Positions 10,410 through 21,107 are shown, counted from the stretch's first letter. The stretch: DNA of 64,000 nucleotides from Rubripirellula sp. (GCA_012270065.1 JAAXJB010000118.1:7983-71982); one strand, 5' to 3'. Program-made: numbers and translations. The notes: generated by a model not told the origin, from the sequence alone.

Positions 10410-12050
10410 ATGCCATCCTCCCTGAAACAACGTTCACTTCTGCTCCGGGCGTTGATCTGGCTGGTGCTTGTTACCGCAGGCATCACGCTTGGAGCGCTCG
10501 TATTTGAAGCATTGCAGCTTGCCTCAACCCAGCCTGACATGCTCATGAGCGAGCGTGTTCTGCGTATCATCACTCTGTTAGTGGTGAACCTGGTCTTGAC
10601 CATGCTGATAGCCACCGCCTGTGCGTTTTATTTCTGGCTCCGTATTTCCCAGTCGTTGCCAGATCTGAAGGGCTGGCATCTTCAAAGCCCGGCATCGGAG
10701 TTCAATGCAAAAGACGCCAGCAGCGAATACACACTCGATGATTACCTGACACAGGAGCGTCGGGTTTTCGAGGAATTGGAGAGATTGATCACCAACCATT
10801 GGGGGACGGATCATGCGGGTGATTACAACCGCTTCAAACGGGATTCAATCTGCGATCCGGCATCTGTCCTGGATCACAATTGGAATCGCAGCCGCATTCT
10901 GGAATGCCAAAACCCGATCGGCGGTGTTTTACTGATCCATGGCTTGAGCGATTCACCTTACTCTCTGCGGAAACTGGGAGAACGCCTTCATTCCGAGGGC
11001 TACACGGTCATTTGGCTGAGAGTCCCCGGTCACGGAACAACTCCTCATGCCCTCACCGAGATTTCGTGGGACGACTGGACTGCTGCCGTCAGAATTGCGG
11101 TCAAAGGCCTCCGATCCAGAGTTCCGGCTTCTCTGCCGATCTTCTTGGCGGGTTATTCCAACGGTGGTGCGTTAAGCGTGCACTACACCCTTTCTGCCAT
11201 GGAGGACGAATCACTTCCCCCCGTTGCGGGTGTTGCTCTGCTGTCGCCGATGCTGGGCATCAACCCGATGGCCAAGATGACACACTTGTCGCATTTCGTG
11301 GGAATGATTTCGAGAAATGAAAAAACAAAGTGGTCACACATTTATGCCGAGATCGACCCATTCAAATACAGCTCTTGGCCGATGAACGCAAATGCACAAG
11401 CGTGGTCGATGACACAAGCTGTGGAGAAAAAACTAGTCAATCTGCAGCAGGCTGGACGGATACATGAAATGCCCCCCATGCTTGCCATGCAATCGGTGGT
11501 TGATTCTACCGTAAGTGTACCGAGGCTGATCACGGCGCTTTTCGGTCGACTGCAATCCGAGAAAAGTGAGCTTTTCCTGTTCGACATCAATCGACTCGAC
11601 AAGCTCAGTAACCTTGTGAACTTTTCATTTGAAAAGGGCATCATGCCCACCCTCGAACAGAGCGATCTTCCTTGTCGTCTCTCGATTCTCCACAACCGTC
11701 ACGACGCTGCCGAAAAGATGTCAATCACAACCCGTTTGCATGGTCAGATTGATGAAAAACATGTTCCCAACATCTGGCCTCCGGGATTTGTCTCGCTATC
11801 ACACGTTGCGATCCCCATCGCCCCGGATGACCCCGTTTACGGTGACAGATCGAATTGCGAACGACTCTCACTGGGCTGCATCAGTGTGCGTGCAGAGCCC
11901 AGTGCATTGATGATCCCCAGTACACTCTTCACGCGATCCCGTCACAATCCATTTTATGGACTGATGGAGGATCATATCCTGAACTGGCTCGGGTCGCTGC
12001 AGGAGACACATCGACCGCCACCTGAAGTTTCGCACCGGGAGCGTGCCTGA
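10410..12050 (+). CDS. Membrane-anchored alpha/beta hydrolase (lipase/lysophospholipase-like)
   Basis: Two N-terminal TM segments; LLIHGLSDSPY oxyanion region; GYSNG nucleophile elbow; candidate Asp (VVDSTV) and His (LSHV). Confidence 0.85.
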   Translation: MPSSLKQRSLLLRALIWLVLVTAGITLGALVFEALQLASTQPDMLMSERVLRIITLLVVNLVLTMLIATACAFYFWLRISQSLPDLKGWHLQSPASEFNAKDASSEYTLDDYLTQERRVFEELERLITNHWGTDHAGDYNRFKRDSICDPASVLDHNWNRSRILECQNPIGGVLLIHGLSDSPYSLRKLGERLHSEGYTVIWLRVPGHGTTPHALTEISWDDWTAAVRIAVKGLRSRVPASLPIFLAGYSNGGALSVHYTLSAMEDESLPPVAGVALLSPMLGINPMAKMTHLSHFVGMISRNEKTKWSHIYAEIDPFKYSSWPMNANAQAWSMTQAVEKKLVNLQQAGRIHEMPPMLAMQSVVDSTVSVPRLITALFGRLQSEKSELFLFDINRLDKLSNLVNFSFEKGIMPTLEQSDLPCRLSILHNRHDAAEKMSITTRLHGQIDEKHVPNIWPPGFVSLSHVAIPIAPDDPVYGDRSNCERLSLGCISVRAEPSALMIPSTLFTRSRHNPFYGLMEDHILNWLGSLQETHRPPPEVSHRERA

Positions 12051-12228
12051 CTGTCTCGGCGTCCCCCCTCCTGATCAGACTCAATTGATCAGACTCACCT
12101 GCGAGTGGCCTGCAGACACCACAAGATTGATGCGATCAGCATTTCCAACGAACACTGCCCACTCAGTGGAGCTTTCCCCGGATATATAGTCCCAGCGAAA
12201 ACACGGTTTACTCCCTCTTGGATCAAGC

Positions 12229-12912
12229 ATGAAATCTTTATCGGCTCAACATACCGTCATTCATCCATTCGCTGCCTGCCTCTGCCTCGTGCTGACGCCG
12301 ACGATTTCGCAGAGCCAGCAGCCTGCCAACAGTGATCACGCAGTGCACGACACTTTTGATCGCACCAGTCTTGGTCAGCAATGGCGAATTGCAGGTGGAA
12401 CGTGGAAGGTCGTGGACAACGCACTTCGTGGCAACGGAATGTCCGAAACACCCAAATCAGCAACGATCACTCGGGCCGCAGAAACCGGCAATGCGGTTTA
12501 TCAATTCCAGTTCATGCTAGCGGAAAACTGCGAATCGCTTCGATTCTCAACGGGGTCAAAAGATCCCAAAACTGAAACACTACAATCCCACCTTTCGCTC
12601 AGGATTACTCCTCAAGCATTGAACCTCTGCAAGGCAACCACGCTGGAAAAGGATTCAGACACCAAACCCCGGGATGCAGCGTCACCCGAACAGACCGTGA
12701 GCTCAACAAAGCTGACGCTGCAACCGAACCGTTGGTACAAGGCCAGAGTCATGACTTGGGGTCCATTTGTCACGGTGGCGATCGATGGAAAACGGATTCT
12801 GAAAGGTTCCGACCCCAGCTTCACGGCAAGAAATGACCTGATCGGATTCCAGTGCATCGGAGGACCGATTGAGATCGACGATGTGGACGTCTGGACTCAA
12901 ACGTTGAACTGA
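12229..12912 (+). CDS. Secreted beta-sandwich protein (DUF1080/LamG-like)
   Basis: Signal-like N-terminus; DTFD..LG..W....G.W.V.D..L.G pattern; WYKARV..WG..VTV.IDG; IDDVDVW end. Confidence 0.65.
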   Translation: MKSLSAQHTVIHPFAACLCLVLTPTISQSQQPANSDHAVHDTFDRTSLGQQWRIAGGTWKVVDNALRGNGMSETPKSATITRAAETGNAVYQFQFMLAENCESLRFSTGSKDPKTETLQSHLSLRITPQALNLCKATTLEKDSDTKPRDAASPEQTVSSTKLTLQPNRWYKARVMTWGPFVTVAIDGKRILKGSDPSFTARNDLIGFQCIGGPIEIDDVDVWTQTLN

Positions 12913-13035
12913 TCTTCCGAGGCGCCGACGCGGAAGGCCAAACTGATCTTATCGGGTCCGAATTCAGGATTTCACGAAAGGAAGATCGTTACGCATATCG
13001 TCGCGATCATTGGCTGGCCGCAAGATGCAACCTGT

Positions 13036-13941
13036 TCAGAAGGACAGAAAAGACATGTCTACGGTTTCACCGCCATCGCGTGACAACAACGCATCAAATG
13101 TCGCGCGGTCAAAAGGTTCCGTGACTTGCTCGACAGCACCGTCACCCATGAGCAAGTTGATGGGTTTCGATTTGTCCACTGACTGGATCGCTGCAAAAGC
13201 TTCGTCAGGAGTCAATTGATTCGTTGATCTCCAATCAACCGGTCGCCCTGGAATCTTGATTGCCATCAAAGTATTCGCAAGCCCGTCCAGTACGGATCTG
13301 AATTTGTTTCCTGCATTCGGGTTTGGCGAGAACATTCCGTTTTCTGCAACAATGACATACAAATCTGTGTCAGCGGGATCGGTGATCGGAACCGTCTGAA
13401 ACGGCATCGGAGCAATGCCGCCTGCGGTTTCGAGAGTTAATTCACCGTCAGTCGGAATCCCCGAGTCCATGAAAGGCTCGATTGCGAGTCGCCAAGTACT
13501 CACCACCTCGCCCTCGTCATCGACTGTGAAAGTTGGAGGCAACTGTTTGTAAGCAGCGTGATAATCATGCAAGGCAATGGCCACCATCTTTGTGTTATTC
13601 ATACGCGACATTCTTTCCGCAGCGAGTCTTGCACCATTGTTACCCATGGAAACAGCCGAAACCCCAGCCGTTGCAAAAAGTATAAAAAAGGCAGCGTAAA
13701 TGGCGATGATGATCACTGTCACCACCAGTGAAATGTAGCCCATGATGAGCCCTGCCATTGCCATCCCTCTTCCGGAGGCCTCACCTCGATCAGCCTGCCT
13801 GACACCGATATGACCACAAACAATTGCCGGAATCGCTGCGAACATGCTGCACCCAAGCAGAGAGAGAATCCCCGTAACCATGGAAGCAATAGCCAGCCCT
13901 TGTGGCAGATCACCAACCTGATTTGTATTCGTTTGATTCAT
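13036..13941 (-). CDS. DUF4190 + DUF1559 domain membrane protein
   Basis: GLAIASMVTGILS..IPAIVCGHIG..GRGMAMAGLIMGY (DUF4190); RMSRMNNTKMVAIALHDYHAAYKQLPP, SWR-like STWRLAI, DGLANTLM, NLLMGDGAV (DUF1559); ATG 13941. Confidence 0.8.
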   Translation of the reverse strand: MNQTNTNQVGDLPQGLAIASMVTGILSLLGCSMFAAIPAIVCGHIGVRQADRGEASGRGMAMAGLIMGYISLVVTVIIIAIYAAFFILFATAGVSAVSMGNNGARLAAERMSRMNNTKMVAIALHDYHAAYKQLPPTFTVDDEGEVVSTWRLAIEPFMDSGIPTDGELTLETAGGIAPMPFQTVPITDPADTDLYVIVAENGMFSPNPNAGNKFRSVLDGLANTLMAIKIPGRPVDWRSTNQLTPDEAFAAIQSVDKSKPINLLMGDGAVEQVTEPFDRATFDALLSRDGGETVDMSFLSF

Positions 13942-14217
13942 GTCGCGTTTCCCATTGATCGCCAGGTTGAAAGCAGTATTCGCATGAAAAAGCAACTGAA
14001 GATTTTAATCCTCGCGGAGCAGGCTTGCCACCAACATACCCGTTTGAAACTCGTGTTTTGATTGTTTCACGCGCACTTCTGCGTTGTGAACACCGGGTTG
14101 ACTTGCTCGCACAGCGCGAAAAACCAAAGACGTTTATCACCCGCGATTCCGGCACTCTGCATTTTCATGGGACACAAACGAAACTCTGACTTTCGCGTTG
14201 AACCCAGACAGTGACAC

Positions 14218-16335
14218 TTACTGAACACCCATTTCCTTCAACAGGTGTTTTGCACCGAATACGTTGCCGGTGATCCACAAGGCATAACGGATATCAACAC
14301 CAATCGATCGGCTGTAGGACTCGTTCCAGGCAAAATCGTTGATGGTTGCTTCGAACGCCCGATCAAAATTGACCCCCACCAGGCGACCCTCCCCATTCAG
14401 AATCGGACTACCCGAGTTGCCTCCGGTTGTATCTGTATCGTACAGAATCGCCGTTGGCACATCCTTCAGCGTGGGATGCATGAACTGTCCAAATTCACGC
14501 TTCTCGTGTTTTGAGATGATGGAATCCGGCAGAATGAATGGTGCAACACCTGTCGCTTTTGCGACGGCTCCACCCAAAGTTGTGATTGGTGATTTGTAGA
14601 CGGCGTCCTCTGGCGAGTAACCCTTGATGTGTCCATAAGTCAATCGCAGGGTAGCGTTGGCATCCGGGACGAATTTCTGCTTGAGAAACTCCTGTTTGAC
14701 GGTCACCAGATTTCCGTAAAGTTGATCAAGTTTTCCCTCGCGGGCCTTAGACTGTTCACGCAACTGCAAATACTTGGGGTACAGTCGAATGATCGCAGCC
14801 ACCGCAGGATCATTGAGAGCTGCAAGTTGTTCCGGCGTCTTGTCAAAACAGGCATCAATGAAATCAGGATCGTCCAGAGAAGTCCGACGATAAACATCTT
14901 CCAGCGACTCATCACCGGGCAACAACGCAATGAAATCACTTGCCTTGTCACCTGCGGCCCGGATGCGTCGCAGCATCTCCGCCGTGATCACTCGATCAGT
15001 GGGTGCATGGTAATCCTTGACAGACAGCAGAAGACGGCGTCGAGTCAGATCGATATTCCGATCCATGTAAGGTGTTTCGCGTTCCAGATCGGCTTTCTGC
15101 CGTTCCACTGCACAATCGTAAATTGTGAAAGCAAAATACATGAGACGACTGGCTGAACGCAGACTCTGAATGTCAAGTTCATGCTGATTGGCCTGCATGT
15201 CTTGATAAACTGCAGAAATGTCGTGCAACAAATCGCCATATTTGTCACGGCGATCCTTTTCAAGATTGATAAATGCCTGCAATTCAGACTCAGCCGCCGC
15301 CCTCGTCCCAACGATCTTCTTGCGGACAAGTCCCTTCAATTGACCACGAGAACGTTTTTCGACATTGGCCAGCCCTTTCATGCGTGACGAAAGCTTGAGC
15401 GCGATGGCACGATCAGACTTTCCAGCCTGTTGCATCTGTTCAATTTGCCATTGGTAGAGATCGACCACATACGGCAAACGCACCTCCTGTTCGTAGCGCA
15501 GAAAACTGGCAGTCTTGTGCCTGGCTGTCCGCCCGGGGTAACCAATCAGCATGACATAATCCCCCTCATCAACCCCTTTGGGCTCAACCTGAAGAAACCT
15601 TTTCGGTTTGTAAGGCACGTTGTCAGCAGAGTACTTGGCTGTTGAACCATCAGGAGCGACGTACGCTCGCATGAATGAAAAATCGCCGGTATGCCGGGGC
15701 CATTCCCAGTTGTCGATCTCACCACCAAAGTTGCCAACCGACGCCGGTGGTGCGAAGACAAGTCGAACGTCCTGGATGTAGGTGTAAAGAAACAGCACAT
15801 AGGTTTTTCCGGCAAACATCTCGGCAACTTCGGCACGCTGCCCCGAATTCTGCTGCTCAGCCGCCTTTTCGAGTTTCTTCTGTCGCTGCTCGATTGCCTT
15901 GGTCCGTTCCGTGTAAGTCATTTCCGATGTGATGGCCGAGAGCACTTGATCGGAAACATCCGAAAACGATTCCGTGATCCTGACGGTGTATCCCGTGGCC
16001 GGAATCTCGTCACCCAGTGTCCGAGCCTGAAAACCATCTCGCAGATAATCATTGGCTGTTGTGCTGGAACTCTGAATCGCTCGATAAGCGCAGTGATGGT
16101 TGGTGATGATCAGACCCTGTGGCGAAACAAATGACCCTGTGCAGCCATTCACTTTGCAGATGCCATCGATCAAACAAGTCTGCTCAGGGTTGAACACTTC
16201 TTCGGGCGTCAACCGCAGTCCCTGTTTTGCCAAGTCCAAACCAGCCAGTTCGCTGAGCGGGTACATGCCCTCCTCGGCCTGAACCGAACTCAGAGTAATG
16301 AGCAGAATCAACAGGGCGTGGAACGATCGTTTCAT
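14218..16335 (-). CDS. S46 family dipeptidyl-peptidase, DPP11-type (predicted Asp/Glu P1)
   Basis: Signal peptide; TNHHC (His), HTGDF (Asp), TTGGNSGSP (Ser); NFDRAFE at the S1 determinant; ATG 16335. Confidence 0.9.
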   Translation of the reverse strand: MKRSFHALLILLITLSSVQAEEGMYPLSELAGLDLAKQGLRLTPEEVFNPEQTCLIDGICKVNGCTGSFVSPQGLIITNHHCAYRAIQSSSTTANDYLRDGFQARTLGDEIPATGYTVRITESFSDVSDQVLSAITSEMTYTERTKAIEQRQKKLEKAAEQQNSGQRAEVAEMFAGKTYVLFLYTYIQDVRLVFAPPASVGNFGGEIDNWEWPRHTGDFSFMRAYVAPDGSTAKYSADNVPYKPKRFLQVEPKGVDEGDYVMLIGYPGRTARHKTASFLRYEQEVRLPYVVDLYQWQIEQMQQAGKSDRAIALKLSSRMKGLANVEKRSRGQLKGLVRKKIVGTRAAAESELQAFINLEKDRRDKYGDLLHDISAVYQDMQANQHELDIQSLRSASRLMYFAFTIYDCAVERQKADLERETPYMDRNIDLTRRRLLLSVKDYHAPTDRVITAEMLRRIRAAGDKASDFIALLPGDESLEDVYRRTSLDDPDFIDACFDKTPEQLAALNDPAVAAIIRLYPKYLQLREQSKAREGKLDQLYGNLVTVKQEFLKQKFVPDANATLRLTYGHIKGYSPEDAVYKSPITTLGGAVAKATGVAPFILPDSIISKHEKREFGQFMHPTLKDVPTAILYDTDTTGGNSGSPILNGEGRLVGVNFDRAFEATINDFAWNESYSRSIGVDIRYALWITGNVFGAKHLLKEMGVQ

Positions 16336-16477
16336 TTTCAATCCCGGGAAATGGCTGAGCATGGGAATTTGTACAGACCTGCATTCTAACAGGCTGTGCC
16401 GCTTTCACGAGCGGCAACGGAAAACAGCTTCACCATGATTGGCTAGCGATGAAAACCCATGGGCGAACCCCAAACAC

Positions 16478-16545
16478 TGGAATCAGAAACCTTGGGACCA
16501 GAAATCGTGGTATCAGAAATCGTGGCGTCAGAAATCATGGCATGG
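16478..16545. repeat. Intergenic tandem repeat, 15 bp x ~4.5 (TGGNNNCAGAAATCG)
   Basis: Units at 16478, 16493, 16508 and 16523, partial at 16538. Confidence 0.85.
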
Positions 16546-16656
16546 ACATGACGTTATCACGTCAGATGCACTCCGGCTTGTCACAATCACCTTGGCTCTG
16601 AGTTCCACGTCGGCAACTCAGAGCCTGCCCATCAGTCCTGGGCCTGCAACAAGATC

Positions 16657-18960
16657 CTATTTGGCGAACGCGGGCTCGATCCCCATCTCTCGAAGCAATT
16701 CGCCGTTGCCTTCCACTTCGTCAAGCACCCAGAGTGTGTATCTGACATCGAGGAGAATGCTTCGAACGCCAGCATCGAATACGTAGTCACCGTACAACGA
16801 ATCAGTATTTCCGTCGAAAAGCAAACCGATGAGTTCGCCACGCGCATTCAGCGCGGCCGATCCGGAGTTGCCGCCGGTAGTGTCGACGTTGGCAAGGAAG
16901 TTAAGAGGAAGGTTTCCATAGTATTCATCCCCATAGGGACCATAGCCATGTTTCTTGGCACGCTCGTACGCGGCAATCCATCGTGGCGGCACTTCAAAAT
17001 CTTTCTTGGCAGGCTGATGTTCATCTTCGATCAACTGCCTCAAATTTGTGAATGCCGGAACATACTTCACCTTGTCGCCATCCTGCTTTGAATATCCACC
17101 GACCTGACCAAAAGTAATCCTCAAAGTCGAATTGGCATCGGGTGCTGTCACCTGACCAAGGCTCTTCTGGAAGTCACGCAACATTTCGATGTAAAGTGGC
17201 GAAACGAGCAATGCTTCCCCCGATTTGGCTTTGCCAAGTTCTTCGGCGGCAAGCAGGTCAGGCTCGGCAAGCAGGGCCAACTGAACCAGCTGGTCCTCGC
17301 TTTTTTTCAAGTCATCGTAAGTGGCTGTCTCAAACAGCTTCAATCGGTTTTCGACATCTTCGATTTCGGTAGCAGCGAGTACAGCAGAGACTTTTTCGCG
17401 AATTTCATTTTCCGTACGCGCATCACCAAGCCACTTGTCGACAAACGCGGGATTGGTCCCTTCCGCCTCAATCAGCTCCTTGAGGAAGTGCGTGCTGACT
17501 TCGATTGCGATGTCACGGGCGTACGTGCTCTGCACCTGCCGCAATTCATCCCGCAGATTCTCGTAGTCACGCTGCTGGTAACCGGGCAGACGCTCCTGAT
17601 CAGGCTTCTGCTTCTCTTTTGCAACCCTCACGAGCTTCAAAGCCGAACTGACGATGCCGTTGAAGTAGCCACTGAACAGCCGGCTGGCGAAAGCCCTTTT
17701 CTGCCAGTTCTTCTCGTACTTCGACTGAATCCGATTCATCTCTTCAATGACCGGGGCGTATCGTCTGTTTCTTGCTTCATCCTGACGAACCCACGCCACC
17801 AGAGCCTGCTCGAATTTTTCCTTGCGGCCGAGGTAGTCAATATTGTCGAGGATCTGAAGAGCTTCACGATTGTTCTTCAGGTAGTTTTCGATTCCAAACA
17901 GTGGAGGCTGAACCTTGGTGGCAAGCACTTCATCGCGACTTTCAAGCTCTCGAAAAACGGCGCGAATCTTATCAAGGTAGTCAACGGTAAACGGCATCGA
18001 GCGTCCCACCGTGTCGCGGGCTTCAGCGAATGTCGTGGCCCGATTGGTGCGTCCGGGATAACCCGCAACAAAAACGAGATCTCCTGGAGCGAGTCCGCGA
18101 TCTCCACTCGAGACTGGAATGATATTTTCGGGTTTGTACGGAACATTTTCCGGTGAATGGTCCGCACTCTCACCATCTGGGCCGGTGTAAACACGCAGAA
18201 AGGCAAAGTCACCCACATGACGGGGGAACTCCCAGTTGCGTTCATCACCACCAAAGTAACCAACAGCTTTCGGAGGCGCGTAGACCATCCGCAGGTCCTT
18301 GAGCTGACGCTTCCTGATCAGCATGAATGTTTCGCCACGAAAGAAACTTTTGACTTCTGCACGTACGCCCGGGTCGGTCTCCGCCTCTTTGAGAATCTGT
18401 TTCTGCCGTCGTTCCAGTTCCTCAAATCGCTTGAACGGATCCGCAATGGAAGCAAGTCCTTTGGTCATCCGCTCGGTGATATCAGTCTGCTCAAAGGTGA
18501 CAAACACCCGAGACTCGGGACCGGTAAACCGCTCGCCTCCCTTGCGGGCGTCATATCCATCTCGCATGTAATCAATGTCAGCCTCAATCGGAGGCAAACC
18601 CTCGGTTGCCCGCTTGGCATTCAATTCCTTCAACGCCGCCTTGTCCTGCTCGGTGATGTACGACAAATACGATTCGACGCAGTGATGATTTGTAATGATC
18701 AGCCCGTTTTTGGATACGAATGAGGCCGAACATCCACCAAGACTTACGATTGCTTCGAGCGTGCTGGATGTCGGGTCAGCAAGTTCACCAGGATCGATTT
18801 CCAGCCCCAGAGAACGCAGACGCTCTTCCAACAACGGAATCTGCTCAGGCAACCACATTCCACCTGTCGGGGGGAATAGATCGGCTTCCTGTGACCTCGC
18901 GGTCAACGGCATGAGCAGACAGCAAAATGCAACAATCTTCAAAGGTTTAGACGCAAACAC
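16657..18960 (-). CDS. S46 family dipeptidyl-peptidase, DPP7-type (predicted hydrophobic P1)
   Basis: Signal peptide; TNHHC, HVGDF, TTGGNSGS; LFDGNTD at the S1 determinant. Confidence 0.9.
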   Translation of the reverse strand: MFASKPLKIVAFCCLLMPLTARSQEADLFPPTGGMWLPEQIPLLEERLRSLGLEIDPGELADPTSSTLEAIVSLGGCSASFVSKNGLIITNHHCVESYLSYITEQDKAALKELNAKRATEGLPPIEADIDYMRDGYDARKGGERFTGPESRVFVTFEQTDITERMTKGLASIADPFKRFEELERRQKQILKEAETDPGVRAEVKSFFRGETFMLIRKRQLKDLRMVYAPPKAVGYFGGDERNWEFPRHVGDFAFLRVYTGPDGESADHSPENVPYKPENIIPVSSGDRGLAPGDLVFVAGYPGRTNRATTFAEARDTVGRSMPFTVDYLDKIRAVFRELESRDEVLATKVQPPLFGIENYLKNNREALQILDNIDYLGRKEKFEQALVAWVRQDEARNRRYAPVIEEMNRIQSKYEKNWQKRAFASRLFSGYFNGIVSSALKLVRVAKEKQKPDQERLPGYQQRDYENLRDELRQVQSTYARDIAIEVSTHFLKELIEAEGTNPAFVDKWLGDARTENEIREKVSAVLAATEIEDVENRLKLFETATYDDLKKSEDQLVQLALLAEPDLLAAEELGKAKSGEALLVSPLYIEMLRDFQKSLGQVTAPDANSTLRITFGQVGGYSKQDGDKVKYVPAFTNLRQLIEDEHQPAKKDFEVPPRWIAAYERAKKHGYGPYGDEYYGNLPLNFLANVDTTGGNSGSAALNARGELIGLLFDGNTDSLYGDYVFDAGVRSILLDVRYTLWVLDEVEGNGELLREMGIEPAFAK

Positions 18961-19816
18961 GGCACTCGGCTTTCAACAAAAGTTCTTGGTCCTGTTATCC
19001 ATTACGATTCGGAGATGGATCTAGTGGTAATCCCGGCAGCATTCGCAGGGACCCCCCCTCTCTGCCCATTGGCTTCCTCCATCAGAAATGCATGATTGCC
19101 AAATCATGACGCAGATACTTCCAGCATTCCGATCCGATTCGTTCTTCCATTCGAATGCGTTGACCGGACAAATGCCAGTAGGCTCACAGCAAAATTCTGA
19201 CGAACCTCAATGGAGTGGGTTGATGGTTCGCTGATGAACCGCCGATTCCGGTGGACTGAATCCCACCCACCGCAGACCAGTGCGATCACAAAGCAAAGCG
19301 GCAACCTGTCTTTTCAGCCGTCAGACCCAGCCGTAAATCACAGCATTTCCCGAAGGATGGTCATCAGAAACCCGGTCGATTTGCCTCATCGAGAATGCCA
19401 GTGACGCGGCATCATTTGCCGCCGACACTAATGCAGGCCGGTATGACCGCAGAGTCTCCACCCGGCTGGTACGGGGCCCGTAGAGACAGGCAGACCACAA
19501 TACAGATTTCGTTTGCCTGCAACTGCCACACACTGGCTGCTGAAGACAGCGTGATTTCGACGCTGCTTCACTGACGAATATCATGCAACGCCTGACTTCA
19601 CTGAGAAAGACCAGACGTTGCATTTGGCCAAGCCTGTTTCATCTGGACAATGAACTTTCAAGTAATTGCATTTGATCTGAAAACGAAAAGACACTCAGAC
19701 ACAAACGGGCAACCACGGTTCAAGCGACAGATAAAAACTGACACGCGTGTCAGTTACCTGATCCATGTAATAACTGATCTACCCAACAACTGGCGCATGG
19801 GTTGGTTCACGCCAAA

Positions 19817-20266
19817 TCAACGTGGCAACCTTTGATACAACGGACATGGCGTTTTGAAACGCCATGCGTTCAAGACAGTGTCGACCGTGCCATCACCATC
19901 AATGTCTACCTCCTCGGTTATTTTGACCCAGCATCCATTATGCTTCCAGGCATCAAACCGTTCGCCGATTCCGAATGGAAGGTCAGACAGAGCAGGCAAA
20001 AGAAAATCGATCATCACGCCATCAACCGAACCGGTCGAATCACGCTCTGACGCTTCCCTGAGAAGAGTGACCGAAATCAACGGCCCCATCGACACCGGGA
20101 TCGTGACCAGATCACCGCCCGTTGAAGCCTCCGGTTCAGCCGAATCAGTTGCACAAGGACAACCAGAACTGGCTGGGGCCTGTTTTACCTCCTGAGCATT
20201 CAAAACTCCGGCAAACACAGATCCGACACAAAAACAAAGAGACAGGTACAGATAACATTTCATCAT
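19817..20266 (-). CDS. Hypothetical secreted protein with DIDGDGTVD motif
   Basis: AAGGA Shine-Dalgarno-like element before ATG 20266; hydrophobic signal ending LNA-Q; DxDxDG motif; no family recognised. Confidence 0.55.
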   Translation of the reverse strand: MMKCYLYLSLCFCVGSVFAGVLNAQEVKQAPASSGCPCATDSAEPEASTGGDLVTIPVSMGPLISVTLLREASERDSTGSVDGVMIDFLLPALSDLPFGIGERFDAWKHNGCWVKITEEVDIDGDGTVDTVLNAWRFKTPCPLYQRLPR

Positions 20267-20532
20267 GACATCCTTCAGAAATAGGAAAGAAAAACAGGAA
20301 TGCTTTCTCTCAATGCAATCTTCATGCCATGATTTCCTGCCCACCATCGGCCTGAATTCAAGGTAAATGCAGCTTCAAACAGAGAAACGAGTCTCAAGAT
20401 GATTCTCGTTTGCCATTGAAACCGCGTGCCAATGATCGAGAAGCCCATGAGTTTTTTGGAAACACGGCTCATGGTGTGGATGAGGGATCAAGAAAGAACT
20501 CCCATCTGAATGCGGGCCTTTGATGGCGTTGG

Positions 20533-20616
20533 GCACATGGCCCCGATGACTGCACATGGCCCCGATGACTGCACATGGCCCCGATGACTGCACATCTGCC
20601 CGATGAATGCACATTT
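20533..20616. repeat. Intergenic tandem repeat, 19 bp x ~4.4 (GCACATGGCCCCGATGACT)
   Basis: Three perfect units (20533, 20552, 20571), then a degenerate unit at 20590 and a partial at 20609. Confidence 0.95.
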
Positions 20617-21107
20617 GACTGTACACCGGCATCAATCGTCGGAATTTGACAAAGGCCACCACACCATTCCCCACCAATTAGCTTCCGAATCATCTTGGTT
20701 ACAATCCAGTCCACACGAGGAATGGCCCGGGCAATAACCCCATCAACCAGAACAACAACCAACCGTCCTTTGAAACGAGAAGCATTCTGCACTGCCTGGC
20801 TCATTGGAGTTCTGAGAGAGCATCAACATGTAGCATCGGATCAGCTCTCAGAAGTGATTTGCACCAGCATCGCATGAGGGGCTGGAGCTGCGATGAACCC
20901 CCGTGACAGTTCGGAACGCTTGGAGACAAGGATCATCAAGTTTCAAATGATCAGCCGACAGCACCTGTCTGGATCCACTGTCATCAAAAGATTCGATTCC
21001 AACTTTGCCACAACTGGTCGAATGCATATCGTGCCCAACTTGTCGGACATGTTGTTGATGCTCGAAAAACGGTGCCATCCGCCATGTGCTTTTTTGAGCA
21101 AGCCAAT

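Noticed and set aside
12072-12097. Direct repeat TGATCAGACTCA x2
   Set aside because: Only two copies of 12 bp just after a stop codon; insufficient evidence of function.
16439-16786. ORF with W-x-Q-K-S pentapeptide repeats as a real peptide or RiPP precursor
   Set aside because: It is antisense to and overlaps the S46 gene end, the periodicity is explained by the 15-bp DNA repeat, and no modifying enzymes are nearby.
19104-19623. ORFs 19321-19623 and 19104-19304 as genes or a split pseudogene
   Set aside because: Manual translation showed no recognisable domain in the frames I checked.
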